35,979 nt of DNA from Agathobaculum sp. GTDB lineage: Bacteria; Bacteroidota; Bacteroidia; Bacteroidales; Tannerellaceae. Positions 18,509-27,277 of the stretch are shown in pieces. Below the pieces are notes generated by a model. It was given only the letters and a program-made list of their open reading frames with translations. It was not told where the DNA came from and ran no database searches. Position numbers and translations under genes: made by a program. Position 1 is the first letter of the stretch; the number at the start of each line of letters is the position of its first letter. The stretch covers positions 1 to 35,979 of the forward strand of contig CAVJQR010000004.1 of NCBI GenBank assembly GCA_963651605.1, read 5' to 3'.

Positions 18509-19612
18509 ATGGTATTGAAATATTTGATACAGAAAGAGTTTTTGCAGATACGGCGAAATAGTTTCCTGCCGCGGCTCATCGTAATGTTCCCGATCATGAT
18601 CATGTGCGTCATGCCATGGGTAATGGATATGAGCGTGCGCAACATCGTGGTGGAGGTAGTTGACCTCGACCGCTCGCCGTCGTCTGAGCGATTGGTGCAG
18701 CGCATAGCCGCTTCCGACTATTTCCGCTTCGGAGGGGTGCGCCCGTCTTATGCCATGGCTTTGGCCGATGTGGAGCGGTCGGCGGCCGATATCATCGTCG
18801 AGATCCCCCCACACTACGAACGTGAGCAGGGAAAGGCGCAGCTTCGTGTGGTGGCCAATGCCGTCAACGGCGTGAAAGGCAGCATGGGGCTTCAATATGT
18901 GGGCAACATCATAGCCGACCACCATGCAGACGAATTCCTTTCAGCGGATGCAGCTTCGCTGATGAACATCTTGAAAGAGCGAGTGTCGGTGCTTTATCTT
19001 TATAACAAATATTTGAATTATAAGCTGTTCATGATCCCATCGCTCATGGCTATCCTTGTCTTGTTGCTGTGCGGATTCTTGCCGGCGCTGAATATTGTGG
19101 GAGAGAAAGAGAGCGGAACGATCGAGGCCATCAACGTGACACCCGTCTCGAGGTTCCACTTCATATTGGCCAAATTGATCCCTTATTGGATCATTGCCGC
19201 GCTGGTGATGACCCTCTGCTTTCTCCTTTCGTGGCTGCTTTACGGCATCACCTCGGCAGGGAGCCTATGGTTGGTCTATCTGTTGGCCATGCTCTTGGCC
19301 TTCATCTTCAGCGGCTTTGGGCTGGTGATCTCCAACTATAACGATACGATGCAGCAAGCGGTGTTTGTCATGTGGTTTTTTGTGATGAACCTGATCTTGC
19401 TCAGTGGGCTCTTTACCCCTGTCCGCTCGATGCCTGAGTGGGCTTACCTGACGACGTATGTCAACCCGATGCACTACTTCATCGATGCTATTCGCACGGT
19501 TTTCGTACGCGGTGGCGATTTCTTCAGTATAGCCCACCAACTCTTTGCTCTCTTTCTCTTTGCCGTTGCCATGTGCGGGTGGGCAGTAATGAGTTACAAG
19601 AAGCAGCAATAA
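18509..19612 (+). CDS. ABC-2 type permease (YbhR-like)
   Basis: KEFLQIRR, EKESGTIE.INVTP, LLSGLFTPVRSMP and NPMHYF motifs. Confidence 0.9.
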   Translation: MVLKYLIQKEFLQIRRNSFLPRLIVMFPIMIMCVMPWVMDMSVRNIVVEVVDLDRSPSSERLVQRIAASDYFRFGGVRPSYAMALADVERSAADIIVEIPPHYEREQGKAQLRVVANAVNGVKGSMGLQYVGNIIADHHADEFLSADAASLMNILKERVSVLYLYNKYLNYKLFMIPSLMAILVLLLCGFLPALNIVGEKESGTIEAINVTPVSRFHFILAKLIPYWIIAALVMTLCFLLSWLLYGITSAGSLWLVYLLAMLLAFIFSGFGLVISNYNDTMQQAVFVMWFFVMNLILLSGLFTPVRSMPEWAYLTTYVNPMHYFIDAIRTVFVRGGDFFSIAHQLFALFLFAVAMCGWAVMSYKKQQ

Positions 19613-19633
19613 TGAGAAGAAATACGAGTGCTA

Positions 19634-19729
19634 TGAAAAAGTTTCTCGGCATGAAACTACAGTTTTCCCCCGAGTGAACTGCAGTTTTGTGCGGAGAAAA
19701 CTGCAGTTTTGTACGGAGAAACTCTCTTA
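19634..19729 (+). repeat. Modular 22-bp-period repeat, copy 2 (3 units, 96 bp)
   Basis: TGAAAAAGTTTCTCGG-CATG-AAACTACAGTTT-TCCCCCGAGT-GAACTGCAGTTT-TGTGCGGAGA-AAACTGCAGTTT-TGTA-CGGAGAAACTCTCTTA (right IR degenerate). Confidence 0.9.
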
Positions 19730-19747
19730 AAGATCGGCAGTCTCTCT

Positions 19748-20464
19748 TTACAAATGCAGGTAATAATCCCGCACCAGTGCCGAGAAAGCTTCGCTGTAGT
19801 GGTGACGGCTCTCTTCGATCAGCAGCGAGTCGTGTTGGGGATTCGCCTGAGGAGTGATGGCATACTCCACCAGCAGCCGCTTGGGCGATGCCATGGGGGT
19901 GGGGATAATATCCGTCTGCCGACAGAGGTAGAGCCCTTGTTCCTCTGCCAAGGTGGTGAGCATCTCCTGCTGATCGAACGGCAGGATGAGGCATAGGCGC
20001 CCCTCTTCGCTGAGCAGCTGCCTGGCATCGTGCAAGAGATCGTGCAAAGGGAGGGTGTCCGTATGTCGCGCTTGATTTCGTTGCCGGTCGGGACACTTCA
20101 ACGAGTGGTTGAAGTAGGGCGGATTGGAGACGATCAAGTCATAGCCATGCGCCGTATGGGTAGCGGCAAACTCCTCCAACGAGGTATGGCAGATGTTGAT
20201 CTGTGCGGCAAATGGCGAGCGCTCTGCATTCTCTTTCGCTTGAAGGCAAGCCCCTTCATCGATGTCGATGGCATCGATTGCTGCCGATGAACGTTGCGCC
20301 ATCATGAGGGCGATCAGCCCCGTTCCTGTGCCAATATCCAAGATATGGTGGCAAGCTTCGGGGTGACACCAGCTGCCTATCAGTACGCCATCTGTTCCGA
20401 CTTTCATGGCACATTTGTCATGAAACACCGTGAATTGTTTGAATTGAAAGAAAGGGTTCGCCAT
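19748..20464 (-). CDS. tRNA1(Val) (adenine(37)-N6)-methyltransferase (YfiC/TrmN6 family)
   Basis: FQFKQF.V.HDKCAMKVGTDGVL, SAM-binding LDIGTGTG, catalytic NPPYF and ARH motifs. Confidence 0.92.
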   Translation of the reverse strand: MANPFFQFKQFTVFHDKCAMKVGTDGVLIGSWCHPEACHHILDIGTGTGLIALMMAQRSSAAIDAIDIDEGACLQAKENAERSPFAAQINICHTSLEEFAATHTAHGYDLIVSNPPYFNHSLKCPDRQRNQARHTDTLPLHDLLHDARQLLSEEGRLCLILPFDQQEMLTTLAEEQGLYLCRQTDIIPTPMASPKRLLVEYAITPQANPQHDSLLIEESRHHYSEAFSALVRDYYLHL

Positions 20465-20484
20465 AAAAAAAGTAGATTATGCCA

Positions 20485-20554
20485 CAAAATTAGAGAGATA
20501 AATTGATTTTTCGTACCTTTGGCCTGATTTTTGTGAGGATAATACATATATTTG
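20485..20554. promoter_or_regulatory. Divergent promoter region: one minus-strand -7 box (methyltransferase) and two plus-strand -7 boxes (lon)
   Basis: TAATTTTG on the minus strand at 20485-20492; TACCTTTG at 20514-20521 and TATATTTG at 20547-20554 on the plus strand. Confidence 0.55.
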
Positions 20555-20571
20555 CTATAGAAGAATCATTT

Positions 20572-23037
20572 ATGAAAAATAAGAAGAAAACAGTTGCTTC
20601 CGTCTCGTTCGACCATGGTTTTGACGATGCCGTCAGTGTGAGTATGGTGATGCCGGTCCTGACCGATTGCGATCCTGAAGAGGACTTTTCCGATGGCATT
20701 GAGCAGGTGGAAGAAGCGATTCCTATCCTGACGCTGCGCAACATGGTCTTGTTTCCCGGCGTTGCTATCCCCGTCATGATCGGCCGTGAGAAGTCGATGA
20801 AGCTGGTGCGGAGTTGTGCCGACTCCCATCGCCTGATCGGTGCCTTTTGCCAAAAGGATGTCGAGGTAGAGGACCCCGGCAAAGAGGACTTGTATGAGGT
20901 CGGCGTGGTGGCAGACATCATGCGGGTGTTGGACATGCCCGACGGAATGACGACCGTTATCTTGCAAGGAAAGAAGCGGATCGCTTTGGAGGAGATCGTG
21001 GAAGAGAAGCCCTTCCTGCAAGGAAAGGTAACCGTTTTGAAGGATCAGAAGGCACCCAAAGACAAGGAGTTCAATGCTTTGGTGGCAGCCATCAAGGATA
21101 TGATGATCAAGATCATGATGACTTCGCCCGAACCCCAGCGTGAGGTGATCTTCTCGTTGAAGAACAACCGCAATCCGTTGTACTTGATTGATTTCGGATG
21201 CGCCAACCTGGTGAGTGAAGTAGCCGAGCGCCAAGCACTTCTTGAGGTGAGCGACTTGAAAGACCGCGCTTATAAGCTGATGGTTCACCTCAACCGCGAG
21301 TTTCAGCTCCTGGAGCTGAAGGCCTCCATTCAGATGAAAACGCAAGAAGATCTCGACAAGCAGCAGAAGGAGTACTTCCTTCAGCAGCAGATCAAGACGA
21401 TTCAAGAGGAATTGGGCGGAAACACCAACGAGCAAGATATACAAGAGCTGAAAGACAAAGCCTATATCAAGAAGTGGCCGGCCGCCGTGGCCGAGACGTT
21501 CGACAAGGAGCTTCGCAAGCTGCAACGCCTTCATCCGCAATCGCCTGACTACTCTGTGCAGATGCAATATGTGCAGACGATCGTCAACTTGCCGTGGGAC
21601 ACCTATACGACCGACAACTTCAACTTGGCGCATGCCCGCAAGATATTGGACCGCGACCATTATGGATTGGACAAAGTCAAGGAGCGTATCATCGAACATT
21701 TGGCTGTGTTGAAACTGAAAAACGATATGAAGTCGCCCATCATCTGCTTGGCAGGCCCTCCGGGGGTGGGAAAAACATCGTTGGGGCGCTCCATTGCCGA
21801 GGCCTTGGGCCGCAAGTATGTGCGCGTTTCGTTGGGTGGATTGCATGACGAAGCTGAGATCCGCGGCCATCGCCGTACCTATATCGGGGCGATGTGTGGG
21901 CGTATCATCCAAAATCTGCAGAAGGCGGGCACTTCCAACCCGGTGTTTGTGTTGGATGAAATCGACAAGGTGTCGAACGATTTCAAGGGCGATCCGGCCT
22001 CTGCTTTGTTGGAGGTGTTGGACCCCGAGCAGAACAATGCTTTTCATGATAACTACCTTGACATCGATTACGACTTGAGCCATGTCATGTTCATCGCCAC
22101 GGCCAATAACCTGAATGCCATCTCGCAGCCGCTGTTGGACCGTATGGAGGTGATCGACGTGAGCGGATATATTCAGGAAGAGAAGGTAGAGATCGCTTCC
22201 CGCCACCTGATTCCGAAGGAGGCAGAGGCGCACGGATTGGGAAAGAAAGAGGTGAAAATACCGAAGAAGACCCTCCAGTGTGTGATCGAATCCTATACGC
22301 GTGAGAGCGGTGTCCGTGAGTTGGACAAGAAAATTGCCAAGATCATGCGCCGTTTGGCCTACAAGAAAGCTTCGGAAGAGACCCTCCCTGCACAGATAAA
22401 GGTGGAGGATTTGGCCACGCTTTTGGGCCCTGTCGAGTATACGCGCGACAAGTATCAGGGCAATGACTATGCCGGTGTGGTGACGGGCTTGGCCTGGACG
22501 GCTGTCGGCGGTGAGATTCTTTTTGTCGAGACCAGCCTCAGCAAGGGCAAAGGGGGCAAGCTTACCTTGACCGGCAACTTGGGTGATGTGATGAAGGAAT
22601 CTGCCATGTTGGCATTGGAATATATCCGTGCCCATGCGTCATTGTTTGGCATTTCCGAGGATATGTTCGAGAATTGGAATGTCCACATTCATGTCCCTGA
22701 GGGCGCTATTCCCAAAGACGGACCCAGTGCCGGCGTCACGATGGTGACATCCTTAGTGTCTGCCTTCAAGCAATGTAAGGTGAAGAAGAACTTGGCCATG
22801 ACAGGCGAGATCACCTTGCGGGGCAAGGTGCTGCCCGTTGGTGGTATCCGCGAGAAGATTTTGGCGGCCAAGCGTGCCGGCATCGAGGAGATTATCCTCT
22901 GCAAAGAGAACAAGAAAGACATCGACGAGATCAAGCCCGAGTATGTGAAGGGGTTGACGTTCCACTATGTGAATGACATCCGTGAGGTAGTCAGCCTGGC
23001 AGTGTTGGATGAGCGCGTGGAGAATCCCCTGTTCTGA
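20572..23037 (+). CDS. lon: Lon protease (endopeptidase La)
   Basis: LRNMVLFPG N-domain, DHYGL..VKERI, Walker A GPPGVGKT, LDEIDK, catalytic PKDGPSAG and GGIREKILAA motifs; 821 aa from ATG 20572. Confidence 0.97.
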   Translation: MKNKKKTVASVSFDHGFDDAVSVSMVMPVLTDCDPEEDFSDGIEQVEEAIPILTLRNMVLFPGVAIPVMIGREKSMKLVRSCADSHRLIGAFCQKDVEVEDPGKEDLYEVGVVADIMRVLDMPDGMTTVILQGKKRIALEEIVEEKPFLQGKVTVLKDQKAPKDKEFNALVAAIKDMMIKIMMTSPEPQREVIFSLKNNRNPLYLIDFGCANLVSEVAERQALLEVSDLKDRAYKLMVHLNREFQLLELKASIQMKTQEDLDKQQKEYFLQQQIKTIQEELGGNTNEQDIQELKDKAYIKKWPAAVAETFDKELRKLQRLHPQSPDYSVQMQYVQTIVNLPWDTYTTDNFNLAHARKILDRDHYGLDKVKERIIEHLAVLKLKNDMKSPIICLAGPPGVGKTSLGRSIAEALGRKYVRVSLGGLHDEAEIRGHRRTYIGAMCGRIIQNLQKAGTSNPVFVLDEIDKVSNDFKGDPASALLEVLDPEQNNAFHDNYLDIDYDLSHVMFIATANNLNAISQPLLDRMEVIDVSGYIQEEKVEIASRHLIPKEAEAHGLGKKEVKIPKKTLQCVIESYTRESGVRELDKKIAKIMRRLAYKKASEETLPAQIKVEDLATLLGPVEYTRDKYQGNDYAGVVTGLAWTAVGGEILFVETSLSKGKGGKLTLTGNLGDVMKESAMLALEYIRAHASLFGISEDMFENWNVHIHVPEGAIPKDGPSAGVTMVTSLVSAFKQCKVKKNLAMTGEITLRGKVLPVGGIREKILAAKRAGIEEIILCKENKKDIDEIKPEYVKGLTFHYVNDIREVVSLAVLDERVENPLF

Positions 23038-23053
23038 TCGCTGCCGACGATAT

Positions 23054-23092
23054 AAAACAGAAGCCCGATACCATCACGGCATCGGGCTTTTT
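23054..23092. terminator. Bidirectional terminator between lon and fadL-like gene
   Basis: AAGCCCGATACC / GGCATCGGGCTT stem followed by T-run on +, and by CTGTTTT on -. Confidence 0.8.
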
Positions 23093-23151
23093 ACTTTACC
23101 TTGTCTTAGGGTTGGTGTATGTTGTAGAGTTGTTTAAAAATGATGTTGTGC

Positions 23152-24636
23152 TTAGAATCCGTACGTGATACCAATGGACGGCATGAGAGCATAGGCTGAA
23201 TAATGCCCGCCGAACTCCCGCTGTTTGTATTTCGATGGCAGCTCCTTGATCGTTTTCATCAACATATATTCGTCCGTATAGGAGCCATCCCGCCCGAAGC
23301 CGGTCACGTATGAGAATGAGAAATCGACCGAGAGACGTTGTGTCGGACGGAAACTGCACCCTGTGGTCAGTCCCCATTTGGTCATGCTTGGTGTCTCCGG
23401 GTTCAGATAGTCCTCATATACGGGCGATTGGTCCACATACGAGCCGAAGCGGATATCGAAGCGGTTCGTCAACGTATGCTGTGCCCCCAAGCGATAGATG
23501 CGCGAGTTGTGGTATTTCTTTTCCGCATGCATGTTGTAGGCACTTAGCGACGAAGGCTCGAACGATACGTCCAAAGCATCGTAAGCCCCCCAACCCACGA
23601 ACTGCACCTCGCCGGAGATGCTCCATGTCGGCGTCGGGTGGTAGGTAATACCCACATTCAGATTGCTGGGAAGGGGCAGTTCGGCGCTGAATGTGCCGTT
23701 GTTGAGTGCCGGGATAGAGATGGAAGAGGGGAGGCTTGTGTTGCCACCAGTCATTGTATTGACCGTCTGCAGCAGCGTGTTCACCTGTTGGAGCAATGCC
23801 GTGAAGTGCTCTTCGTTGGCATATTTCAGGTCGATCGCTCCATCCTTCACCTTGGCCGTCACCTTCGATCGGTAGGAGACACCCACCGTAAACTTCTCGT
23901 TGATGTCATACATCGCCCCAACATTGAAGCCCAAACGTACCCCGGCATCCCCTTTCAATGCGACGGAAGCGGCGGAGGCATCATCGTAAAGAGCCATCTC
24001 TTTGATGATAGGGCTCAGCACCGGAGTCATGGCGGCGATCATGTCGGACGGCAACTTTTCTGCCAACGACTGCTGCATGTAGTTTGCCATGTAGGTCAAT
24101 TCGCCCGGTCCTATCAACGCCTTGTTCAGCTTGATGTTGCCAAACTCCATGATGAGGCCCGCGCCGATGCTTAACTTGTCGGTGATTTTCCACGAGACAG
24201 TCGGTTGCAGGTTGTATGCTTTGAGGGCGATCTCCTGCACCAGATGCGCACCCTTCCAGTTGTCGCCCCAGGTGATGGAGCTGCCGTATGGAGTGTTAAA
24301 GGTGACGCCGGCCGCCAGATTGTCGTAAATCTTGAAGCCCGCATAGAGATAGAGCGGCGTTCCCGGCGTGTTGTTCGTGTCGTATGAATAGTTGTCTTTC
24401 TTATAGTTGATGTAGGAAAACACCCCGGTGAGGCCTGCCGAGATGTCGATTGTCTTATCCATAAATGCCAATCCGGCAGGATTGAAGTGCATACTCTCTG
24501 CTCCCAGTTTCATGGCTGTCCCGACATGTCCCATACCCGCCTGTTTCGTACTTTGGGCATTGATTTGAAAACCCTCGGCTGTGGCATAGACACCCGGTAG
24601 CAGTGATAGGCATGCGATTGCAATAAAATTTTTCAT
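23152..24636 (-). CDS. OmpP1/FadL-family outer-membrane transporter
   Basis: Signal peptide then EGFQINAQS..QAGMG, NPAGL motif, TPYG, amphipathic beta strands and C-terminal F. Start placed at MKNFIA. Confidence 0.88.
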   Translation of the reverse strand: MKNFIAIACLSLLPGVYATAEGFQINAQSTKQAGMGHVGTAMKLGAESMHFNPAGLAFMDKTIDISAGLTGVFSYINYKKDNYSYDTNNTPGTPLYLYAGFKIYDNLAAGVTFNTPYGSSITWGDNWKGAHLVQEIALKAYNLQPTVSWKITDKLSIGAGLIMEFGNIKLNKALIGPGELTYMANYMQQSLAEKLPSDMIAAMTPVLSPIIKEMALYDDASAASVALKGDAGVRLGFNVGAMYDINEKFTVGVSYRSKVTAKVKDGAIDLKYANEEHFTALLQQVNTLLQTVNTMTGGNTSLPSSISIPALNNGTFSAELPLPSNLNVGITYHPTPTWSISGEVQFVGWGAYDALDVSFEPSSLSAYNMHAEKKYHNSRIYRLGAQHTLTNRFDIRFGSYVDQSPVYEDYLNPETPSMTKWGLTTGCSFRPTQRLSVDFSFSYVTGFGRDGSYTDEYMLMKTIKELPSKYKQREFGGHYSAYALMPSIGITYGF

Positions 24637-24721
24637 TTGATTAAGTCTGTTATAGTTTATAATCGTTGTTTGGGAGGAATCTGCCATGAAAAAGCAGGCT
24701 CGATTCCCTCATTGACGGGCG

Positions 24722-24729
24722 CAAAGATA
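24722..24729 (-). promoter_or_regulatory. -7 promoter box (TATCTTTG) for fadL-like gene
   Basis: TAnnTTTG on the minus strand about 85 nt upstream of the ATG. Confidence 0.6.
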
Positions 24730-24890
24730 AGCAGTTATTTGAAATATATGCACAAAACAATAAAAAATGTGCAGATATTTATGCAAAATTGCATGGAATA
24801 TAGTAAAAGTGTGCAGTTGAAAGTTTTGTTTTAGGGGATGTTGTTTGGATGGAAAAGTGAGGAATGACGATGCAGACACCCCTCTCCATC

Positions 24891-24934
24891 AACAGAAAAC
24901 TCCCCCTCTCATAGGAAAAAAGAGAGGGGGAGTT
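24891..24934 (-). terminator. Intrinsic terminator after GH78 genes
   Basis: Perfect 13-bp stem AACTCCCCCTCTC (24898-24910) / GAGAGGGGGAGTT (24922-24934), followed by TTCTGTT on the minus strand. Confidence 0.75.
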
Positions 24935-24964
24935 AGGATGATTCTGCCGTATGTATGTCAGTTG

Positions 24965-27178
24965 TCAGAAGCTGTTTGCGGCGATGGAGAGGGTATGTGT
25001 ACCCGCTTCGAGGAGTTGGCTCTTGCCTTTGGCCGTCACCACTTCGGCAGTAGTTCCTTGCGGAACGGTCAACGTCAAGCGTATCCTATTACCTTTGCGT
25101 TGCAGCTCGGCGCGGATCAGGCCGTAGTGCGTATCGACTGTGGCCGAGGCTTGCGTCAGGTTGCCCATCTGCGGACGGATGCGGAATGAGCGGAAGCCGG
25201 GCGAGGAGGGGGTGATTCCACACACCTTTTGGCTGAGCATCGTCAGCGGTCCACCGCTCCAGGCATGGTTGATTGTTCCTCCACCGAACCCCTGTTCGCC
25301 GATGCCCCATCCTTCGAACAGCGTAGTGTATTGCGGATAGTCGTTGATCATCTGCCCATAGCGTTGCTTCATCCGCTCCATGGCCAGCGTCGGTTGGTTC
25401 ATGACGAAGAGTGCCTCCAGCACATATTTTTCCATATAGGGACTGGCGTGTTGCTCTTTTCGGATGGTTTCTGTCAGTGCTTTGTATTTGTCTGCCGAGG
25501 CCAGTCCGGACACCACTGCCATGGCCTGTGCGCGGTCGTCCGTTTCGCCCTCGTAGGTTTTCGTGCGGAAGGCGGATCCTGTCCAGTAACGTTTGTCGAA
25601 TTCCTGTTCGATGGCGTGCATCATCTGTGCTGCTTGGGCGGCATCTGTCTTCTTTCCCAGCTGTAAGGCGAAAGCCTGCTCCGCTTTGAGTGCCAGGTAA
25701 TACCAGCACGAGGTCAATACTTCGAGATCAATGTTCTCGCCCCAATCGCCCCAGTTCCAGTCGCCTTCTCGCACGAGTGGCATCCCTTCGCTGTCCCTCT
25801 TCCACACTTCGTGCAGATAGTGGTGGACGCGGTCATACACATCACCCACGAAGCTGCTGTCGGCACTGTAGAAATACTGCGTATAGAAGCCATACCAGCC
25901 GATGGAAGCCAGCATCTGCAGTGGCAGCTCCGTGCGGTAATTGCCTGCCGGCGCAGGGGAGAAGAAGGCCCCATCGGGTCGCTGCCAGTTCACCAGCTCG
26001 TGGATTGCTTTGCGGGCCAGCAGTTGGCTGGAGGGAGAGAGTGCATAGAATGCCTCGCCCAGTTCGTTGACGGCATCGCCCCACCACTGTGCTCGTTCGC
26101 GGTCGGGGCAATCCATATAGTTGTCGCGCATCGTGATATAGAGGGTTCGTGCCGACCGTTTCCAGAGCTCGTTGAGGAAAGTATCGTTGCAGGAGAAGGA
26201 GCCTGTAAACGCTGTGTTGTAGCCCGTCTCGCGATACTTCACCTCTTTCACCTTCACCCCTTCGGGGATGATGTAGATCATCTCGTGGCCGTTCATCCAT
26301 CCGAAGCTCTCATAGCTCTGTTCCCCATCGCGGGTGATATACTCTGCCCGCACATTATAGGCCGATCCCCCTTCGTAATCGTCCGTCTGCATGCGAATCA
26401 TCTTGCCGGCCGGTGCCTCTACTTTCAGGTAGGGTGTTGCCTGACAGTTGTAGGGCATGCGGCAATAGAGCGTGTCACCGTTGGCCGAGGAGCGAACAGC
26501 ATCGTAGGGTTTCAGTCCGTAGTCCTTCCATTGTGGGATGGGGCGCTCCACCAGCTCGCCGAAGGGAGCACTGTTGGGCTCGGCAATGATCATGGCCCCT
26601 GGCATGTTTCCGTTGAAATCCTTTTCCGTCCACCCTATCATCTCCTGCCGAGCATCGAAGCGGATATTGCTTTCCGGCAGTCGATAATTGGGAAAGGGTG
26701 CTTCCGTGTTCCGGTAGGCATTGTAAAGGCGGCACTGCCAACTTCTGTCGCTGATGATTTCAATGCCCGGTGCCGTTGCCTCAAACAGCAATGCCGCCAG
26801 TCCACTATTGTTGTGGCTGAACCCATGCTTGCCGAAGTGCCATACGAGGACAGCGATACTGTTCTTTCCCTTTTCGAGATAGGGGGCTATCTCCACCGAG
26901 TCGTAGTAGGTGCCGTTGGGTGAAGGTCCTCGTTTCAGTCCGCCTTCGAATACCACCGGCTGCCCATTGATCCACAGCCAGTACTTACTGTCGGCGGCAA
27001 TGCGTGCGGTGAGTGATGAGGGTACGGTCTCGATGTCGACCGTCTTGCGGAAAGCCAGCCACGTATTGGTAGTGCTCTGACACTCCTCTTGGTTGATCCA
27101 GTGTGCTTTCCATTCGGATGCCGCCTGTATCGTGGCCGTACATCCGAGAAGCAATAACATAATCAGGTTTCTCTTCAT
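24965..27178 (-). CDS. GH78 alpha-L-rhamnosidase-like protein
   Basis: Signal peptide; ADSKYWLWING, GSFSCND..LNELW, DCPDRERAQWWGD, TTLFEGW and NHAWSGGP motifs; rhamnose locus context. Confidence 0.85.
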   Translation of the reverse strand: MKRNLIMLLLLGCTATIQAASEWKAHWINQEECQSTTNTWLAFRKTVDIETVPSSLTARIAADSKYWLWINGQPVVFEGGLKRGPSPNGTYYDSVEIAPYLEKGKNSIAVLVWHFGKHGFSHNNSGLAALLFEATAPGIEIISDRSWQCRLYNAYRNTEAPFPNYRLPESNIRFDARQEMIGWTEKDFNGNMPGAMIIAEPNSAPFGELVERPIPQWKDYGLKPYDAVRSSANGDTLYCRMPYNCQATPYLKVEAPAGKMIRMQTDDYEGGSAYNVRAEYITRDGEQSYESFGWMNGHEMIYIIPEGVKVKEVKYRETGYNTAFTGSFSCNDTFLNELWKRSARTLYITMRDNYMDCPDRERAQWWGDAVNELGEAFYALSPSSQLLARKAIHELVNWQRPDGAFFSPAPAGNYRTELPLQMLASIGWYGFYTQYFYSADSSFVGDVYDRVHHYLHEVWKRDSEGMPLVREGDWNWGDWGENIDLEVLTSCWYYLALKAEQAFALQLGKKTDAAQAAQMMHAIEQEFDKRYWTGSAFRTKTYEGETDDRAQAMAVVSGLASADKYKALTETIRKEQHASPYMEKYVLEALFVMNQPTLAMERMKQRYGQMINDYPQYTTLFEGWGIGEQGFGGGTINHAWSGGPLTMLSQKVCGITPSSPGFRSFRIRPQMGNLTQASATVDTHYGLIRAELQRKGNRIRLTLTVPQGTTAEVVTAKGKSQLLEAGTHTLSIAANSF

Positions 27179-27277
27179 GGTTAGTTACAATTAAAGTGTT
27201 CTTCAAAAAAAATAGTTATAAGGTGTGGCATCTGCCGGAAGCTTTTGTGCGGCCTTCGGACAGATGTCACGCTCTTC

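Noticed and set aside
20566..22635. 689-aa ORF antisense to lon, and similar long antisense ORFs over GH92, dnaX, the ABC ATPase and the GH78s
   Set aside because: They are shadows of well-conserved genes, explained by codon bias, and have no recognisable motifs.
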